Positions 15,200 to 19,836 of a stretch of DNA of 19,836 bases are shown piece after piece. Position numbers and translations under genes: made by a program. The stretch is from a virus: UHGV virus genome UHGV-0279810. The stretch is one strand, 5' to 3'. Below the pieces are notes generated by a model. The model was not told the origin of the DNA. It did no database searches and worked only from the letters and a program-made list of their open reading frames with translations. Every line of letters starts with the position of its first letter. Position 1 is the stretch's first letter.

Positions 15200-15543
15200 C
15201 AGCGCGTTATCTCGGAATGAATTGCAGTGATGGCCTGACTGTCACTGACCTTGAGCATATCAGCCAGAGTATCGGCGATATCCTGCGCACACCGGTCGGC
15301 TCGCGGGTGATGCGTCGTGATTACGGCTCGTTGCTGGCGTCAATGATTGACCAGCCGCAGACTCCGGCGCTTGAGTTGCAGATTAAGGTCGCCTGTTACA
15401 TGGCGGTGCTGAAATGGGAACCCCGCGTCACCCTGTCATCCGTCACCACGGCGCGCAGCTTTGACGGTCGAATGACAGTTACGTTAACCGGCCAGCATAA
15501 CGACACCGGCCAGCCACTTTCGTTAACCATCCCTGTGAGTTGA
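15196..15543 (+). CDS. W: Baseplate wedge protein gpW
   Basis: 115 aa; overlaps V stop; P2 order V-W-J-I-H. Confidence 0.88.
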   Translation: MTARYLGMNCSDGLTVTDLEHISQSIGDILRTPVGSRVMRRDYGSLLASMIDQPQTPALELQIKVACYMAVLKWEPRVTLSSVTTARSFDGRMTVTLTGQHNDTGQPLSLTIPVS

Positions 15544-15547
15544 AACC

Positions 15548-16456
15548 ATGCCGATTATCGACCTGAACCAGCTACCCGCACCGGATGTGGTTGAGGAGCT
15601 GGACTTTGAAACCATTCTCGCCGAACGCAAGGCGACACTGATTTCCCTTTACCCGGAAGACCAGCAGGAGGCGGTCGCCCGTACCCTGACGCTGGAATCT
15701 GAGCCTCTCGTCAAACTGCTGGAGGAAAATGCTTATCGTGAGCTTATCTGGCGTCAGCGTGTGAATGAGGCTGCACGGGCGGTAATGCTGGCCTGTGCCG
15801 CCGGTAATGACCTTGATGTGATTGGTGCCAATTACAACACCACGCGCCTGACTATCACCCCGGCAGATGATTCGACCATTCCGCCGACACCGGCAGTGAT
15901 GGAATCTGACACCGATTATCGTCTGCGTATTCAGCAGGCCTTTGAAGGTTTAAGCGTCGCCGGGTCGGTGGGTGCCTATCAGTATCATGGTCGCAGTGCT
16001 GACGGGCGTGTCGCGGATATCTCTGTTACCAGTCCGTCTCCGGCCTGCGTCACCATCTCCGTGCTGTCACGTGAAAATAACGGTGTGGCATCCGAAGACC
16101 TGCTGGCTGTGGTGCGTAACGCCCTTAATGGCGAGGACGTCAGGCCGGTGGCTGACCGTGTGACCGTGCAGTCTGCCGCCATTGTTGAATACCAGATAAA
16201 CGCCACGCTGTATCTTTACCCTGGTCCAGAAAGCGAACCCATCCGCGCTGCTGCCGTGAAAAAACTGGAAGCGTACATCACGGCACAGCACCGGCTGGGG
16301 CGCGACATCCGTCTGTCTGCCATTTATGCCGCTTTGCATGTGGAAGGCGTGCAGCGTGTCGAACTGGCTGCACCGCTGGCCGACATCGTGCTTAACAATA
16401 CGCAGGCGTCTTTCTGCACCGAATACCGCGTCGTGACCGGAGGCTCGGATGAGTGA
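15548..16456 (+). CDS. J: Baseplate protein gpJ
   Basis: 302 aa; position and size as in P2. Confidence 0.88.
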   Translation: MPIIDLNQLPAPDVVEELDFETILAERKATLISLYPEDQQEAVARTLTLESEPLVKLLEENAYRELIWRQRVNEAARAVMLACAAGNDLDVIGANYNTTRLTITPADDSTIPPTPAVMESDTDYRLRIQQAFEGLSVAGSVGAYQYHGRSADGRVADISVTSPSPACVTISVLSRENNGVASEDLLAVVRNALNGEDVRPVADRVTVQSAAIVEYQINATLYLYPGPESEPIRAAAVKKLEAYITAQHRLGRDIRLSAIYAALHVEGVQRVELAAPLADIVLNNTQASFCTEYRVVTGGSDE

Positions 16457-16979
16457 TTCGCGCCTGCTGCCAACCGGCTCATCGCCGCTTGAAGTTGCCG
16501 CCGCAAAAGCCTGTGCGGAAATTGAAAAAACGCCGGTCAGTATTCGTGAGCTGTGGAACCCGGACACCTGCCCGGCAAATCTGCTGCCGTGGCTGGCGTG
16601 GTCATTTTCGGTCGACAGGTGGGATGAAAAGTGGCCGGAAGCGACAAAACGCGCCGTTATCCGCGATGCCTATTTCATCCACTGTCATAAAGGCACTGTC
16701 GGCGCAATCCGGCGTGTGGTGGAGCCGCTCGGCTATCTCATTAACGTAAAGGAATGGTGGGAGACAAACGACCCGCCCGGAACCTTCCGCCTTGATATCG
16801 GCGTACTGGAAAGCGGCATCACGGAGGAGATGTATCTGGAAATGGAACGGCTTATTGCCGATGCCAAACCCGCAAGTCGCCACCTTATCGGTCTGAACAT
16901 TATCCAGGACATTCCCGGCTGTCTGTATACAGGCGGTGTGGTCTGTGATGGTGATGTTATTACTGTTTATCCCGGATAA
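16449..16979 (+). CDS. I: Baseplate protein gpI
   Basis: 176 aa; overlaps J end; precedes the tail-fibre gene. Confidence 0.85.
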   Translation: MSDSRLLPTGSSPLEVAAAKACAEIEKTPVSIRELWNPDTCPANLLPWLAWSFSVDRWDEKWPEATKRAVIRDAYFIHCHKGTVGAIRRVVEPLGYLINVKEWWETNDPPGTFRLDIGVLESGITEEMYLEMERLIADAKPASRHLIGLNIIQDIPGCLYTGGVVCDGDVITVYPG

Positions 16980-16989
16980 GTGAGAAACA

Positions 16990-19749
16990 ATGAGCACGAA
17001 ATTTAAAACCGTTATCACTACTGCCGGAGCCGCGAAGCTGGCAGCCGCCACTGTTCCCGGCGGGAAAAAAGTAAACCTGTCTGCAATGGCTGTGGGTGAC
17101 GGTAATGGCCAATTGCCGGTGCCGGATGCCGGTCAGACGAAACTGGTGCATGAAGTCTGGCGTCATGCACTGAATAAAGTCAGTGTGGATAACAAGAATA
17201 AAAACTATATCGTGGCTGAACTGGTTGTTCCGCCAGAAGTGGGCGGCTTCTGGATGCGTGAGCTTGGTCTGTATGACGATGCCGGAACACTGATTGCGGT
17301 ATCCAACATGGCAGAAAGCTATAAGCCAGAACTGGCTGAAGGCTCCGGACGTGCGCAGACCTGCCGCATGGTTATTATTCTCAGCAACGTGGCGTCCGTT
17401 GAGCTGAGTATTGATGCCAGCACAGTGATGGCGACGCAGGATTACGTCGATGACAAAATCGCAGAGCATGAGCAGTCCCGCCGCCATCCTGACGCCACGC
17501 TGACAGAAAAAGGTTTTACTCAGTTAAGCAGTGCAACAAACAGCACCAGTGAAAAGCAGGCTGCAACGCCAAAGGCAGTAAAAGCAGCCTATGACAATGC
17601 TGAGAAACGTCTGCAGAAAGACCAGAACGGTGGCGATATTCCAGATAAGGACGCTTTTCTGGACAATGTTGGCGTTACCAGCCTGACGTTTATGAAAAAC
17701 AATGGCGAAATGCCGCTTGATGCTGATCTGAATACATTTGGTCCCGTTAAGGCTTATCTGGGAATCTGGTCTAAAACTACCTCAACTAACGCAACACTGG
17801 AGAAAAATTTCCCGGAAGATAATGCTGTCGGTGTGCTTGAGGTTTTTGCTGCCGGCAATTTTGCAGGTACGCAACGCTTCACCACGAGAGACGGCAATGT
17901 ATACATACGCAGACTCGCCAATAAGTGGAATGGCTCTGATGGTCCGTGGGGCATATGGCGTCACACTCAATCAGCTACCCGCCCTTTGAGTACGACTATA
18001 GACCTGAATACGCTTGGAGCCGCCGAACATCTTGGTTTATGGCGTAACAGTAGCTCGGCTATAGCTTCATATGAACGCAATTATCCAGAGGAAGGCGGCT
18101 TTGCTCAGGGGATGCTTGAGATCCTCGAAGGCGGAAATTATGGAAGAACGCAACGTTATACCACTCGCCGTGGAAATATGTATGTCCGCTGCCTTGCGGC
18201 AAGCTGGGATGCATCAAATCCGCAGTGGGAACCGTGGTTAAGAGTCGGTCATCAGTCAGAGAGTCGTTATTACGAAGGTGATTTGAATGATGTAACCTCA
18301 CCAGGTATTTACAGCGTTACAGGTAAAGCGACCAACGGTCCAGTACTGGACGGAAACGGCGTGACTGTACTCGGCATTCTGGAAGTGTTGAGGCGGTTTG
18401 ATGGTGTTAATGTATGGCAGCGTTATACAACTGCCGGAACAGGTACAACCCTTAAAGGCCGCACCTTTGAGCGCGTCTTTACCGGCAGCTCATGGAGCGA
18501 ATGGCGGGAAGTCTACACCTCGTATTCACTTCCCCTGAATCTGGGTATCGGCGGTGCTGTGGCAAAGCTCACCAGCCTGGACTGGCAGACCTACGATTTT
18601 GTGCCGGGCAGTCTGATAACCGTTAGGCTGGATAATATGACCAATATTCCCGACGGTATGGACTGGGGCGTCATTGATGGCAACCTGATAAACATCGCAG
18701 TTGGTCCGAGTGATGATTCCGGTACGGGGCGCTCAATGCATGTATGGCGCAGCACTGTAAGTAAAGCGAACTACCGATTTTTTATGGTGCGTATTTCAGG
18801 AAATCCGGGAAGCCGCACGATCACAGCAAGACGAGTACCAATCATTGACGAAGCCCAGACATGGGGCGCGAAACAGACATTCAGTGCTGGCCTTTCTGGT
18901 GAACTGTCCGGCAATGCGGCGACAGCAACAAAGCTGAAAACAGCCCGTAAAATTAATAACGTTTCGTTTGATGGAACATCAGATATTAACCTGACGCCGA
19001 AAAATATTGGTGCATTTGCTTCAGGAAAAACAGGAGACACCGTTGCGAATGATAAAGCCGTTGGGTGGAACTGGAGTAGCGGAGCCTATAACGCAACTAC
19101 TGGTGGGGCATCAACGTTAATTCTTCATTTTAATATCGGTGAAGGAAGTTGTCCCGCCGCCCAGTTCCGCGTTAATTATAAGAACGGCGGTATTTTTTAT
19201 CGTTCTGCTCGTGACGGTTACGGATTCGAGGCTGACTGGTCTGAGTTTTATACCACAACGCGAAAACCTACAGCGGGAGATGTCGGTGCACTGCCGTTAT
19301 CTGGTGGTCAATTGAATGGTGCTCTGGGTATAGGAACATCCAGTGCTCTTGGCGGTAATTCGATTGTTTTGGGTGATAATGACACGGGCTTTAAACAAAA
19401 TGGTGATGGTAATCTGGATGTTTATGCTAATAGCGTCCATGTTATGCGCTTTGTCTCGGGAAGTATTCAAAGTAATAAAACCATAAATATTACGGGGCGT
19501 GTTAATCCCTCGGATTACGGTAACTTTGATTCCCGCTATGTCCGGGATATCCGGCTTGGTGGTGCTGCCACATACAAACCTGCGAACAATGGCATGACAT
19601 GGACACATCAGGCACCGTCCGGGTGTGTATATTCCGGCATTATTGTTCAGGATACCGGCTCAAACTCTGCCGATAACATTGGTGGTGTATATTACAGACC
19701 GGTTCAGAAATACATTAACGGGACATGGTATAACGTGGCGCAGGTATAA
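16990..19749 (+). CDS. H: Tail fibre protein gpH (919 aa), P2-like N-terminal anchor with three tandem ~85-aa repeats and a distinct C-terminal receptor-binding region
   Basis: N-terminus MSTKFKTVITTAGAAKLAAA is typical of P2-family tail fibres; three internal repeats share DLNT...G.W...GTQRYTTR.GN.Y.R...W; followed directly by G. Confidence 0.88.
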   Translation: MSTKFKTVITTAGAAKLAAATVPGGKKVNLSAMAVGDGNGQLPVPDAGQTKLVHEVWRHALNKVSVDNKNKNYIVAELVVPPEVGGFWMRELGLYDDAGTLIAVSNMAESYKPELAEGSGRAQTCRMVIILSNVASVELSIDASTVMATQDYVDDKIAEHEQSRRHPDATLTEKGFTQLSSATNSTSEKQAATPKAVKAAYDNAEKRLQKDQNGGDIPDKDAFLDNVGVTSLTFMKNNGEMPLDADLNTFGPVKAYLGIWSKTTSTNATLEKNFPEDNAVGVLEVFAAGNFAGTQRFTTRDGNVYIRRLANKWNGSDGPWGIWRHTQSATRPLSTTIDLNTLGAAEHLGLWRNSSSAIASYERNYPEEGGFAQGMLEILEGGNYGRTQRYTTRRGNMYVRCLAASWDASNPQWEPWLRVGHQSESRYYEGDLNDVTSPGIYSVTGKATNGPVLDGNGVTVLGILEVLRRFDGVNVWQRYTTAGTGTTLKGRTFERVFTGSSWSEWREVYTSYSLPLNLGIGGAVAKLTSLDWQTYDFVPGSLITVRLDNMTNIPDGMDWGVIDGNLINIAVGPSDDSGTGRSMHVWRSTVSKANYRFFMVRISGNPGSRTITARRVPIIDEAQTWGAKQTFSAGLSGELSGNAATATKLKTARKINNVSFDGTSDINLTPKNIGAFASGKTGDTVANDKAVGWNWSSGAYNATTGGASTLILHFNIGEGSCPAAQFRVNYKNGGIFYRSARDGYGFEADWSEFYTTTRKPTAGDVGALPLSGGQLNGALGIGTSSALGGNSIVLGDNDTGFKQNGDGNLDVYANSVHVMRFVSGSIQSNKTINITGRVNPSDYGNFDSRYVRDIRLGGAATYKPANNGMTWTHQAPSGCVYSGIIVQDTGSNSADNIGGVYYRPVQKYINGTWYNVAQV

Positions 19750-19752
19750 TTT

Positions 19753-19836
19753 ATGCAGCATTTAAAAAATATTACGGCGGGTAATCCAAAAACGGTTGAA
19801 CAATATCAATTGACAAAAGACTTTGATGTTGTCTGG
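19753..19836 (+). CDS. G: Tail fibre assembly chaperone gpG, first 28 codons (cut by window end)
   Basis: ATG 4 nt after H stop; product MQHLKNITAGNPKTVEQYQLTKDFDVVW resembles the start of P2-family tail fibre assembly proteins. Confidence 0.7.
   Translation, partial: MQHLKNITAGNPKTVEQYQLTKDFDVVW

Noticed and set aside
15972-19608. Antisense ORFs within J, I and H (such as 16067-16567 -, 16960-17487 -, 19297-19608 -)
   Set aside because: Nested in tail genes; no start signals; spurious.
1-19836. CRISPR arrays, IS elements or transposases, integrase/attachment site, rRNA/tRNA genes
   Set aside because: No short regularly spaced direct repeats, no transposase- or integrase-like translation and no tRNA-like structure were found; the integration module of a P2-type prophage would lie outside this window.

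Overview
This window is the late/structural half of a P2-family (Peduovirus-like) prophage from an enterobacterial host, read from the 3' part of replication gene A to the start of tail-fibre assembly gene G. Gene order is A(3' part) - accessory cargo - cos - Q,P (minus strand) - O,N,M,L,X,Y,K,lysA,lysB,lysC,R,S,(V),W,J,I,H,G(start). The most interesting content is the visibly AT-rich cargo island at 1311-4952, sitting where P2 carries tin/old (between the A stop and cos). It contains a co-directional module of a 51-aa small ORF, an XRE-type HTH protein and a ~300-aa retron-type reverse transcriptase, plus a convergent 454-aa FRG-domain protein, so it looks like one or two anti-phage systems. 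Two structural anomalies affect the phage backbone: baseplate gene V is split by a perfect inverted duplication (14342-14857), and the first ~150 bp of the window is a diverged inverted copy of an internal segment of gene A (413-562). No tRNA, rRNA, CRISPR array, integrase or IS element was seen. All calls rest on reading the sequence and the supplied ORF translations against remembered protein families; no database search or folding was run.
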